Source: Halocafeteria seosinensis (taxonomy: Eukaryota). From it: a DNA stretch of 53,989 nucleotides. The stretch is from contig LVLI01000363.1 in the NCBI GenBank assembly GCA_001687465.1, positions 1-53,989 of the forward strand. The letters run 5' to 3'. The position numbers were made by a program, and so were the translations under genes. The notes under the pieces were generated by a model. That model ran no database searches, had not been told where the DNA came from, and was given only the letters and a program-made list of their open reading frames with translations. Below are positions 22,536 through 34,358 of this stretch, piece after piece (the first letter of the stretch is position 1; each line of letters starts with the position of its first letter).

Positions 22536-24633
22536 ATGGAAGATTCTGAAGAGATACCCAAGTTGCTTTCGATTAATCCCGAAGTTACGGAGATGCTTGA
22601 TGACCCACCGAAAACTTTACCTTCATTCGTGGTTGAAAACAACGGGGAGTGGATGTGCCGAAAGTAAGCAGTTTGCATGGAGTCGGCGGGTGACGAATAC
22701 TTTGAATCCGTTCGATTATATTCAGATGCAAGGGACGAAAGATCTACGAAGGTCATAACCACAGAGTATTCTACTACGACGGGAAATGGCGAAGGTATAC
22801 CAATTCTGACTTACTTTGCGGGTAACATGTTTATTGAGCCTAAGAATTTTGACCGACGCAGGAGATGTGCTTCGTGCGCTGGCAAAGTGCGCAAGCGGCA
22901 ACGCCAGGGAAAACGTAGCCGGGTAAGAAACAGACTTGCACGTATTCGTCTGGCGATCTGCTGCATCGCTCCTTCGTGTGCCATCCGGCAGAGCTCTTTT
23001 GGGCATTTGAAGAGCAGTGTCCCAAACCAAGCAGCAAAGGAGCATGTACCAATTTGTAAGTCAATTTCTCAAATATATTGAATATTGCGTAATAACGTTT
23101 TACCTCCGGGTGCAGATAAATTCGGAAATGATCCGCATGATCGATTAGTTCCTTTGAAGTCTGCCCCCTCACAACAGCTACAGCCAGACCAAAGGGCACA
23201 GGTTCGGCATGGTGTGATACATGTTCCAACAAGAGACATTGTCGCCTCGCCTGATTCTTACGAAATTCGGGAACATCACAAGAAACATATCCGTTTCTAC
23301 AGCCCGTTGCAGTCTGTATGCTACACGGCTGCAAAAAAAACTGTTGGAGGTGTAATCTACGACGTCTATCCTCTTATAGATATTGAACTAGCACCGTTGA
23401 CGGCCTTCAAATTTTTGGTGCGATTGAGCACGGTGTGTGACGAAAGAACCGCTGAGTCCGAGATAACACAAAGGATTGGACACTGCGCTCAACGGGGAGA
23501 CTCTTTAACTACTACGTTTATGCTTCGCTGGGACAAAGATCGCGTACAGGTATGGCAGATGCGATCGTCACATTGCTATATCACCTTGATAATTTTTTGT
23601 CACCAACGGTGTTATGGTTAACTGTTTCCAGCTTTGGCATGAGGATCGGCCTTTGCTCTCTACTCCAATAAATAGAGGCAGCGTGCCTTTGCAATCCGCA
23701 GGCTACTGTACCACCGCTAGAACCAATATTCGGGATTTGCAGCTTGTTGTCATCGGTAAGTCTCCACCCGCTATAGACCGCAGAGAAAATGAAACTACCC
23801 GGCTTCTTCCTCTAAATACAGAGAATCAATCCTTTCCAGAACCGGTTATTCATAGGGCGACATGCGCACAGGCGCTATTTAATCGGAGTGTCAAACATGA
23901 ACTGAGCAATAGGCCAGTTCTCATCGAAGGTTCTGAGCTAGGCAGTATCGAAGGAAACTCGACATGCCAAGGAGATGAATGGGCGGCGCATGCCCTGAAG
24001 GAGCTTCATAGACTATCCAAAGCATTTTCCCCAGAAGCGCATCTCACTCGCAGAGTTCCTCATGCAAGGTGTGGATCAGTGGCAATATCAGTGCGTAGTA
24101 ACTCACCAGCCGGCCTCATTTGTCGCCCTCCCCGGAATTGTTCGCCGTTTATCAGTGTCTGGGTGCCTCGAACAGTGACAAAAGATGGTTTCCAGCATGA
24201 GGTTACTCCATTCATTCAGTTCGTCAGTAGCACAGTTAACATTAACATGCAGCAGGCGAAGGAGCTCCTTGGTCCCCTGAAAGATTGGACAGTGAGCAAC
24301 TTTGTTGATTGGGAAGCACATAGGGAATCCTGGGATGCAGCCGAAACACAAAATGCAAAATGCGTTGAAAGTAATAATCTAAGCACAAGTCTTTTGCATG
24401 TGGCAAAACCAAACCACGCTGATAAGACTGAATCTTCCGGCACGACGGGCGGAACTGACGTTGCTATCCACTCCAAGACGAGTTCTCAATTTCTGGCGAT
24501 ACCAGCTGGCGCAACAGGGTGTTGCTTGAAATATCCTCCCGCGCAATTTCCAAAGCTATGCCCTCATGCCAATCAACTTGTGAAACAGACCAAGGCTACC
24601 ACCCTGAACTTTAGAGTTCTCCCTCAGCAATAA
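22536..24633 (+). CDS. Unassigned family, paralog A: N-terminal CX2C-X23-CX2C + basic module and conserved C-terminal domains (multi-exon)
   Basis: Spliced N-terminus (introns 22664-22725, 22795-22861): MEDSEEIPKLLSI..LDDPPKTLPSFVVENNGEWMCRKCKGRKIYEGHNHRVFYYDGKWRRRCASCAGKVRKRQRQGKR. Then DPHDRLVPLKS, VGGVIYDVYP, LRWD, SVWVPR..DGFQHE, KELLGPLKDWTVSNF and YPPAQFPK. Supported by three paralogs. Start codon tentative. Confidence 0.85.
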
Positions 24634-26749
24634 AAGAAGCCAGCGGGACCAGTAGGGGAACTCGGATTAATAATACAGTATCGCTATCAACGAGGATACA
24701 TTTCTGTATCATTGAAGCAATTATACCCGTGAATTTAACATTAGTTGTTAAGAACCTACGCAACTAGCCAGGGAGTTCCCGCAACGAATGCGTATGACTC
24801 ACGACTAAACTGTCTAGAATGTGAAACCAGAGTAGAAAACAACGAAAGAGGGAGAAAAGAGCGTAAGATCATCACTACTTACGCTTATCATTAAGTGCAG
24901 CCGTCGTCATTTTGGGTCTTTGTTTCAATACACATACGTTAGTGCGGGCACCCGCTGCAAGTTGCAAGCTGCTAGGACTAATTCTCAACTCTTGAACCAC
25001 TTAAGTACTGAATACGGGTACTGCTCTGCTCGGATGCTATGTGTTGGTATCTGTAAAGTGCTCTTCGAATCCTCAGGCACACTAGTAAAAATGTCACTGT
25101 GCGACAGGAGAATGGAGAATCGCCGCTTCATGTAATTACCCGATGGAGCGGGGTAGAGGGACTGGGCTAGAGGGACTGGAAAGAAAATCGTATAAACTGA
25201 CGGCTACCGCTGTGCACAAAGTAAACCGCTCTGGTTAAGATAGCGGATCTGGTCTCATTGGATGGTGTTCTACCACAACCAGGAGGAGGTGGGTGACGCA
25301 CCATCTACCGGAGATCCTGAGGCCTCCGCAATTGGCCGCAAAAGTTGCGGCAAAACTCCATACTGATCAGGTGTGAAGAAGAAAAATGACCGGACACTAG
25401 CGCTGGGGGAATGGTGCAGCTGCCACCTGTTTCCAGTAGCTCCGGGTTAATGTAGAATACGACCGCCAATTCATGTACGGTGCCTGTGAGTGGGGAACGG
25501 CTCTCCACGGTCTATGCTGCTGTCTTTACAATTGTACGTACTGTAGGTGTTCAGGTTCGCCCACAGGAGGAATCGCTTTGCCGTACCGTATACTGCTTCC
25601 CCCGGCGCGTTGACGCTAACATTGCTGCTGGGAGGTTCGCACACGCTTATTGGAAGAGCACAGTAGCTCCTTCCACTTGTCACCGCTCGAGATTGCCCGA
25701 ATATACTTGTGTCTGAATATGTACGCGTATCGACGGATAAACCCATCTTCCGCCACGGTTTGGACGAACACGTTGCGCGCTTTTCTTGCCTGGAATTCCA
25801 AGCTGTTCCATTCGAACTGTTCCAATAACTGCCTTTTCAAGCCCCAAGCGAGAAGGCGGGTCCCGAGGCTATCCACAAGTTCGCAAAGTAATCAAAGGAA
25901 ATCAGGGAGATTTAAACCTCTCCAGTAATCATCTCAGCGAGACATCGCGAGATGCACAAATGCCTCTGAGCTACACTGTACTGGCGGGAACACCTCTGTG
26001 CGGGCAGTACGAGAGATGCGATACCCTATGTTTCAGGAGGAGCACTGACCGAGAAAGCAAGTTCAAGACGGGAACATGCGGCCTTCCTTTAAGAGGGCAA
26101 GATTTGTGAAAAACTGCGTTTCTTGAGCGGCGTGTTCAAGTGTCGCTGGCTGTAACTAAAGGTTCTGACAGAGAGAGTATTGATCAGGCACGGTTCTTTG
26201 CAGCACTCAATGCATTATCTGATCGCGTCACGGTTTTTCAACAAAGATAAGGAGACCTCGTACTGATACAATAATTTGCTTTGAATGTAAGTACTTATCC
26301 GGTAGCAAGTCCTACTGGAAAGGACATGGACTTACACGCACGAGACTCGGCAAGCTGAAGCTTTTAAAATACATACCGAGGACAGAGAGGTTTACTGCTT
26401 GCTTGCTTTAACTTCCTGTAGGGTTAGGGTAAGGGTGAAGTTTGGTCCGCGGAGGTTGTCCCCGCGCCGTAGAACACTCAGTGCGCTCAAGTACGAGGCG
26501 AAGCGTGTATCACGACTTCTTAAGCAAAACTTAATTATTCGACACCCCGCTTTCTGAAAGTTCCTGTTTCTGATCCCGAGGGCAGACTCTATGTTTTGTT
26601 GTACCTAGTGTGATTCTGTGGTCCGGCTCTCGGATAACGGGATACTCACGTTTCTTTTGTTGCTTGGGACTTGTTAACTTCTGTGCAGTGTAAACGATAT
26701 AGTTTCAAATCCGTTCCGGTATCCCAGACAGCATCATCACGAAGTAAGG

Positions 26750-28887
26750 ATGGATCCTGACGGGAATGCCTTCAGACAGCACTTTCCACTCGACGACGAG
26801 GAGAATGTACCTAAGCTCTTGTCGATTGGAACTGACGTTCGTCAACTACTTGACGATCCTCCTGATACCCTACCTTCCTTTGTTGTAGAAAATAATGGCG
26901 AATGGATGTGTCGAAAGTAAGTCCTTAGTGACGAAGCAAGATCTTACCTGGATAAAAACCAAAGACCCTCTTCTCAGGTGCAAGGGAAGAAAATTTTACG
27001 AAGCACATAACCACCGGATTTTCTACTACGATGGGAAATGGCGAAGGTTGGCTAGCTCGTCCTGCCCTTTGTGGTTCCCTGGAACGGGTTGAATTCTTCC
27101 CTCTTGTACTGGGTTGCAGACGTTGCGCTTCTTGTGCTGGTAAAGTGCGTCAGCGGCAGCGGCAAGGAAAACGGAAACGCGTAAGTGGGCATCGTTTCTT
27201 CTCTGCTTACGTTTGGGACGTTGAGTGGTAGCGTTCGCCTTGTGCGCAGGACTATCTGGGGGCCGCCTCAGGGAGCAACACTGAGAAGAAACACATTCCT
27301 ATTCGTAAGTTTTGTAAGAGTTAGGCTATCGAAACTGTGTAGTATCGAAACAAGAATCATAACTACAGATCAGTTCGCGAGCGATCCTCATGACCGAGTG
27401 ATTCCTCTCAAGTCGGCTCCTTCTCAACGGAAGGAGGCGAATGACAACGTTCAGATTAGGCACAGTGTGATACACGTCCCTACCAAAGACATTGTGGCAT
27501 CTCCCGGGTCCTATGAAATTCGTGAAAATCAGAAGAAGCACATTCTGCTTTACGGCCCCATTCAACCACTTTGTTACCAAACGGCGGAAAAGACAGTTGG
27601 CGGCGTCATCTATGATGTCCTTCCTTTGATAAGAGTAGAGTTGGCTCCTCTCACATCTGCCAAGTTTTCAATTCGGTTGAGCTCCGTTCATGCCGAAAAA
27701 GAAACCGAATCTGAGATCTCTGACTCCCCCGACGAATTCACGATGTTTCTTCTCCGCTGGGACAAAGACAACGTGCAGGTAGGTTTTCTTCTGTATGTCC
27801 GTCAGACTCCTTGGCTCAGAAGAAAAAACCGATGTTTTATATGCGATTCAGCTCTGGCAAGGCTATGAACCAATGCTCTCCACCCCATTGAGAGAGAACA
27901 AAACGCCTCTGGAGTGTGCCGGCCCTTGTACGACCGTGAGGTCAAATATCCCCAACCTCCGTTTGGCGATTACTGGTAAGTTGGCGACATATATGATGCA
28001 CGATGAGATGTCTTCTAACGACTACGACAACTTCAGAGAATCATTCTTTTGAGGAGCCCATCATTGAAAGAGTACATGAAAAGCATTCTCCAGCTCCTGA
28101 AAACTGTCGAGGCAGCACAAGCGTTCTGGTGTTGGAGGGATCCGGGTTAGGAAGCGCAGGAGAAGCTGGAACTGGCACTTCCACAGATCAATGGGCGGCG
28201 AAAGCTTTGAAGGCAATGCAAGGAACACCGCATGGGGCTTCGCCTCACGGCGGGGAGAACAGTTTATGGGTATCATCGGTCAAATGTGGAACCGACACGT
28301 TGTCGGTCCTCAGCAGCTGTCCAACTAGGTTCATGTGCGAACGTCCTCGAGGCACCTCTGCCTTCTTCAGCGTTTGGGTACCTCGCAGAGTTACCAGGGA
28401 TGGTTTTCAACATGAGGTGACTCCTCACATCCAGGTGCTGAATACCAACGAGAAGATCAAAATGAGAGATGCGAAGGAGCTCCTGGGACCGTTGAAAGAC
28501 TGGACTGTCAGTAACTTTGCGACAATTCTCCCAGGAAACGTCTCGAACGGCCCAAGCCTCATACCGGACGGAGTTTGCGAAAGTGTTAGACATGGTGCAC
28601 AAAATGCTATGCATTTAGAGCTAGCAGCGAACAAGTTCTCACAACCTATTGTACCGGGATGTGGCCCGCTTTTCATTACCGGGAAGAACGCCAGTTTAAA
28701 AGACAAAGGAACAACAGCAATAATGTCAACAACAGCAAATGGCCTGAAATTCCCATCCAAGGATTCGCTTGACTATCCAGCTGCGGTATTCCCGAAGGTG
28801 TCTCCATCTGCATGCCAGGTGATGGGAGCTAACACTATACCACTCGACTTTCAAGTCATTCCGAAAAACTTTAAGGAAATGTACTAG
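26750..28887 (+). CDS. Unassigned family, paralog B
   Basis: MDPDGN..LDDPPDTLPSFVVENNGEWMCRK|CKGRKFYEAHNHRIFYYDGKWR|RRCASCAGKVRQRQRQGKR. Same downstream blocks and intron positions as paralog A, with YPAAVFPK near the C-terminus. Confidence 0.87.
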
Positions 28888-29180
28888 AGAGCACGACATT
28901 GTTTGGTATTATCGAGTAGCACATTTTATCTCATTTAGCAGAGCGTTGATAACTGTTCACTCTTTCTAGCTATCAGTTTACAATGAGCAAATCGTTTTTG
29001 TCGCTGGTGCTAGATCACCAATCTTGTAAACCTGCGAAAGTGGTGCAATCGAGTGAGGAGCCAGTAGCCCCGGCTCTAGGCCCGGATCTGAAAATACTTG
29101 ACCCTCATTGCGAAACTTCGCTTTTTACTCTTTGGTGGTTAAAGACTCTAGACTTGCGTTTCCACAGCAGTTCAGTGTCT

Positions 29181-29225
29181 ACACACATGTGACGGATAAC
29201 CCGCCGGCCAGAAACTTGACCGCAT
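29181..29225 (-). mobile_element. Short (CA)n-TGTGACGGATAACCC element, copy 3 (diverged, may extend rightwards)
   Basis: ACACACATGTGACGGATAACCCGCCGGCCAGAAACTTGACCGCA aligns with copy 1 over ~45 bp. No clear TSD. Confidence 0.55.
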
Positions 29226-30327
29226 CCTCTTAACGGGGAGCGGTATGCGCCCGTGTTAAGCAGTGACGGGCCCACTGTTCCTCCAGCCTCGCTGACATGC
29301 GCCGTGGGGGAACGCAATACTGGTTTTGCTCACCAGAGGAGCTATCGAGGCTGTTTTCCTTAGGAATTCCCGGAAGTGGCCGTCGAACCGGCTATTCCTT
29401 TCAAAATCCTCCCGATTTACGTTACGATATTGAAAACAAGAGAGACAACCTACCATCAGCTCCTGTCGCCGCACAGACAGTGCTTTCAAAGACTCTTCGT
29501 GTCCTAGCGGGTTGAGCACTTCCCGACGGAGGCGGCTAAATCAATAGAACCGACGTGGACGGAAATCCCTTCGTCTTCACTATTATATTCGAAATAAATG
29601 TGTTTGTTGACGCGGTATTACTTGACAGTCTTGTATAGAGTCTATAGAACTCGGAGAGAGAGCGTTGTCTATGTTATTTGGGACCGAAAGACGGGAAATT
29701 TGATCTCCGAGGAGGTAAAAAACTCCGTTTAACGACTTCATTCACCTCATTTCTCGTCATATTTCGGCCAATTCTACCCTGTATAATGATGGGTGTTCCG
29801 GTATTCATGCTTGCTGGAAATCTGGAGCGAATTAGCCCAGTGGAAGTGGTGAACACTTGGAAAAACTACGGCGGGNAAGTCGGAAATCTAATGCGTTTGG
29901 TCTATTTTTGGCTATTAGTCACTCTTCATGCCCTGTATGTGGTCACAGGAGACCAGATGGTCAATCTGCAAGGATATTGTATCCATCCAAGCTTGAGTGC
30001 ATGCAAAAGGAGTCTACAATAGAGAGGGGAGCTCAGGTTCATGTCCCGGAGCATCCCCTTCGGCAACCGATTTCTGGCCAAAGTGGAGGATATGGAGCCT
30101 TTTACACCTTTCCGGAATCAAAATTCTTGGCGAACATGGCCATGCTGATACTGACAACCGTGTGGAGCTACTATGTGCGTGGGCATCCCTTGCGGAACAA
30201 GGGTTTTACGGTCCTTAAGACGAACTTGAGGAAGTCCGACAACTGTCAGCCCGAATGCCAGAAAAGCTGCCATAATGGAAAGCTGCGAGTATCGCAGGCT
30301 TTGATTCAAAAAAGACAGTTGTGTCCA

Positions 30328-31983
30328 ATGTGGAGAAGCATAGGTGCATTTTTAACTGTGAGCATTCTGCTGCCTCCATATCACTCTGTTTCAGCGTCAA
30401 ATTTAAGAGACAAGATTATAGAGGGAACGGAAAAATGCTTCAATTATGTGTCTGAAGAAAAGCTGTTCCAGCTAAACTGTAGCGTAATTTGGACAGACGC
30501 CCCATGGACATATACGAGTCAACACTATATTTTTCTAAAGAATGGTGAAACGTTCGATGGAGGTACTGGCAACATCATTGATTTGAGTAACGTAACCGAC
30601 TTTCTTGGTTTGTTTGCAGTTGATAATGTAAATCCGTTTTCAGGGGCTCCACGTATTCGAAATGTCCACGTCAGGAACGGAACCCTAGCAGAAGGCGGTG
30701 GATTCATTGTTCGGCAACACAGCGCATTGGTAGTAATAGACTCCTGTAGTTCCTCGGGAATGATTACAAACTTTGGTGGTGGGATAAGTGGACAATTGGG
30801 GGGCCACAGAGGCAAAATGGAAGTTTCGAATTCCTACTCCACCGGGAAGATAGCGGGGATAGGGGCAGGTGGAATAGGAGGACAGCAAACAGCTTTTGAT
30901 GGCGGGGTGGTGCATATAACCAACTGCTTCTCCACGGGAGACATTGACAAAAGAGAAGGAGGTGGCATTGTGGGGGCACATGCCGGCGGAAGCCATGGTC
31001 GAGTTTATATAACGCGCTCGTATTCAACCGGGCAGCTTTCTGGTCCTGATAAGAATGGTGGAATCGTTGGTGCACAAGCTGCAAAAAATGGTTTTGTGCA
31101 TGTCAAGGAATGCTATAGTTTGGGAGCCATATCCGGAAAATGGTGTGGCGGCATTGTAGCTGATGATATAGCAGGCGAAGGGGGGACCCTGCATGTTATA
31201 GATTGTTACAGTCGTGGCATTATTAGTGGTACCGAAGCGGGAGGTATCTGTGGCGGGCACACAGGAGGCAGAAGNTTAGCAACGGGAGACGTACGTGTTG
31301 TAAACAGCTACGCTGCTGGTTCTGTAACAGGTGCACAAGCCGGTGGTATCCTTGGCAGTATACACGACGAGGCCACTGGTGCAGTGCAAGTGACTTATTC
31401 AGTATACCAAGATAACGCACCGTTCAACGGGGTACTGGTCGGGATTGGAAGTCATAAGCTTTCTAACGGAACCGAAGGTAACTCTGGAGACCTTCAAACT
31501 ATCAACGGAACTCTATATCATATCAACGGGACACAAGTCTGGTCAGACAAAGTTTGGGCTCTTCATACCAACGCGAGTAGCAACGGTCTGCCAATTTTGC
31601 GATTCCAGATGCCCGAGAATTCTCCCTCTCCTAGCAGTTCTCCAAGAAGCACAGCCAGTCCATCACCATCAGTCACCGGTATACCATCAGGTTCTACGCC
31701 ACGCTCATTCCACACGGAGACAAGCTCCCCAAGTCCTACCCCAAGTACCAGTGGAATTGCCACCAGTTCTAGCACTGCCAGCTTATCCGCCACCTTTACT
31801 CCCTCTGTTTCGGGATCTGAGTCTCAAGTATTTCGCGCATCGCCTTCCAACTCTCCCACTGAGGTTGCTTCAACACCCAGAAATTCTTCTGGTACTCAAA
31901 GAGAACACTGGAGTAGCCCTGGTAATCGTGCCACGAAGTTGGTACAGTCTCTTCCGCTGGTGGGATGCGACAAACACTCATGA
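30328..31983 (+). CDS. Secreted GLUG-motif-like Gly-rich repeat protein, paralog 2
   Basis: The likely start MWRSIGAFLTVSILL (signal peptide) at 30328 is followed by NLRDKIIEGTEKCF, colinear with DLRESIQAGNESCF of paralog 1. Repeats SYSTG..GGIxG, then LPILRFQ and an S/T/P stalk. One N at ~31275. Confidence 0.82.
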   Translation: MWRSIGAFLTVSILLPPYHSVSASNLRDKIIEGTEKCFNYVSEEKLFQLNCSVIWTDAPWTYTSQHYIFLKNGETFDGGTGNIIDLSNVTDFLGLFAVDNVNPFSGAPRIRNVHVRNGTLAEGGGFIVRQHSALVVIDSCSSSGMITNFGGGISGQLGGHRGKMEVSNSYSTGKIAGIGAGGIGGQQTAFDGGVVHITNCFSTGDIDKREGGGIVGAHAGGSHGRVYITRSYSTGQLSGPDKNGGIVGAQAAKNGFVHVKECYSLGAISGKWCGGIVADDIAGEGGTLHVIDCYSRGIISGTEAGGICGGHTGGRXLATGDVRVVNSYAAGSVTGAQAGGILGSIHDEATGAVQVTYSVYQDNAPFNGVLVGIGSHKLSNGTEGNSGDLQTINGTLYHINGTQVWSDKVWALHTNASSNGLPILRFQMPENSPSPSSSPRSTASPSPSVTGIPSGSTPRSFHTETSSPSPTPSTSGIATSSSTASLSATFTPSVSGSESQVFRASPSNSPTEVASTPRNSSGTQREHWSSPGNRATKLVQSLPLVGCDKHS

Positions 31984-32799
31984 ATGGACTGTAATTTGCT
32001 GGAATATCAGTTATTTTTGACGACATGCTGACCAGAGAAACATACGAATCACCGCCATAAGTGTACCCGAATTACACCAAGAGCTGGGAGACACTTTGCA
32101 AATAGGTCCGCGGCATACGTCGACAATTCCAATTCCTTCAGTATTGAAGGGGATGAAAGGAACAACAAGAGTACGGTCCTGAAGGCCAGTCTCTTCCCAG
32201 GCTGAGAGCTTAACGCGAAGCCACCGGGGAACTCTCTGTTGTGCCTGTCGGGCTGTTCACTCATGTGGGGAAGTTTGTTCGACTGCAGTGCAGATCCTTG
32301 CGCGCTAGCGCCACGGGCGAGCCAATGCAACTTCCATAGAGCTTTAGTGCAAACAGGGGCGCTTTATGATGGTTCTTGTTCCCAGTGGAAGTAAAGGAGT
32401 CCTAGTGTTCATTCATGAGCTAGCAGAAGCCCGGACCTTCACCGGACTTGCCGGTTTTGATATCGCAGAAACTACCTCTATCTTCCATATTTGTTACGGG
32501 CCTAAAACGTTCTGCTGCAATGGAATCATCTCGCCTCTGTTCATGGATTGCGGGACTGTTACTGTAGTGTACTCTCCTTACAGCGACCCGACCACTCACG
32601 CATGCTAGCGAACTGGAAGTTATCAAGCGCCACTTTGCCCCCAAGAAGAACGGTGACATGGTTCCTAACAAGCCAGTATGCGCATTAGATATGGCGATAA
32701 AATGCAAATCGATCCAATTGCTACCGCTGAGCGAGACAGGTGAACCTAGGGAGGCTCGAACGGACAAATTCTGGTTTGTGAGTACTACAAGGCATCCAC

Positions 32800-33330
32800 T
32801 CGTTGACCTAACCCTATTTGTGAACGGGACATTGTCTGAGATTGGAATCGCAGAAGACCAAATTACTGATAGTGATGCCAAAAGTCCGACTGATGCTTAC
32901 GTGCTCACACGACGTTGAAGCATATCCAGTTAAGTAACAACAGGATAAATGATAGCCGTCTCAGATGCTTGACCGAGGCGCTCGCTGCCGATAGGAGACT
33001 TGCTTGGAGTTCTGGGAACTTCTGGGGTTTAGGGAATAACCAAGTTCGGAAATCCTGCAGCTGAGTTGTTGGCGGATACTTTGCGTGATAACACGTCACT
33101 TCATGCGCTCTTTTTGTGTGGAAAATTCATCGATGATCCTGGTACGCAAAGTTTGGCCGCTGCTCTAGCTGTCAATAAGAGATTGGCTAGCCTACGTTTA
33201 GACGACAAGTGCATCACCGATGTCTCGGGTCGCCATTCGGCCTCTTCCATGTGCGTCAATTGGACGTTAGGCAATCTGAGCTTAGGGGAAATAGCATACC
33301 TACGTGGCTCGGACGCCGAATTCGCCACTT
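32800..33330 (+). pseudogene. Decayed ribonuclease-inhibitor-like (LRR_6) leucine-rich-repeat gene
   Basis: Frame-shifted pieces NGTLSEIGIAEDQITD, LKHIQLSNNRINDSRLRCLTEALA and LADTLRDNTSLHALFLCGKFIDDPGTQSLAAALAVNKRLASLRLDDKCITD follow the ~28 aa RI-type LRR pattern, with frameshifts and stops. Confidence 0.75.
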
Positions 33331-34058
33331 AACAAACAGGAACAGGACCAAATATGCTGCTCTCTCGCGGGTTCGCTGTAGTTGAGCAGACGAAGAGTGG
33401 ACGACATCCGAGCTTTCACCCTGGATGCCCATGAATTACGTGATATAACCCTTTAAAGGCTCCGTTTCAGTTTTGACAGTGACTCACGCGTGTCTCAGTG
33501 TCTGCAAGTCAGAAGAAACACTTTGGAGACTTCGGTGTTCTCAGCAGACCACTCTGTAGGTCTGAAACGATGACTTCTCAATAATGTTGCCAGATTGGGG
33601 TAAGACGAGGGCGATGCACAGTTTTGGAGCTGCGATGGGCTCGATGATCGCCCAAACAGGGTGCGATGTGTGCGGAACGCACTTGCCCTTGTACCGCACT
33701 TGTACCTTGTGGTACAAAGCATGTACATGTTCACGCGGCACCTATCAATCGAGGAAACAGAGAAAATAGGCATTGTATACAAACATATGTGTGCACAACG
33801 TACTTGAAATATCCTCCCTAGATGTCAACACTCTATGGCTACCCATTCTCTGTTCGATGGAGGGGGTCGCTGCCCACATGGAGGTACTTTTGACTCCCGG
33901 AATTGCAGATAACAGCTGCCTAGAAGTACCAGAGTGGTATCCTTTCAATCAGAAGTGTGAATCAACGACTACTTAGTTACTTCTTCAGACTTGCTCCACT
34001 CTACGCCCACATGTCTGCTCATATTTCACCATTATTATTGGGGACGGAGTCCGACGGA

Positions 34059-34083
34059 CACACACACATATGTGACAGATAGC
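34059..34083 (-). mobile_element. Short (CA)n-TGTGACAGATAGC element, copy 4, with 8 bp TSD
   Basis: 25 bp insert CACACACACATATGTGACAGATAGC flanked by CCGACGGA at 34051-34058 and 34084-34091. Confidence 0.75.
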
Positions 34084-34358
34084 CCGACGGAAGGGTCGCT
34101 CACCTTTTACCTCAGAAGCGCCTCCTGCCTGTAGCGTACGACTGCTTGCACGTTACCAAGACCCTATCACTCGGCCAAATACACTTCCCCATTACCCTAG
34201 CCAGACTACATGAGTATGTACCACTACTAGTTTCTCCCTTCCACTACTTGTACAACCGGAGTACTCGGGTTGAAGTTGCGGTCGCAGGATCGCGACTCGC
34301 AGGAATTCGAAAGATATACCCACTTTACAAGGTTTGATACAACATACTTGCTAGACCG

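Noticed and set aside
25715..25745. Peptide EYVRVSTDK resembling a serine-recombinase active-site motif
   Set aside because: The frame has stops and no further resolvase motifs. The region 25300-26300 may be a decayed gene, but I cannot assign it.
26419..26437. TAGGGTTAGGGTAAGGG telomere-like run
   Set aside because: Only about three imperfect units, compatible with chance.
29857..30327. N-terminal ~157 aa of the 708 aa ORF
   Set aside because: It starts at a non-ATG codon, contains an N, precedes a clear signal peptide at 30328 and has no counterpart in the paralog. Probably read-through of unrelated or decayed sequence.
33584..33976. MHSFGAAMGSMIA resembling a lipase GxSxG elbow
   Set aside because: The first Gly is missing and the surrounding frames are short, too weak to call a lipase pseudogene.
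21353..34091. CRISPR-like interpretation of the recurring ~30 bp motif
   Set aside because: Copies are kilobases apart with no spacer array, the genome is eukaryotic, and no cas genes are present.
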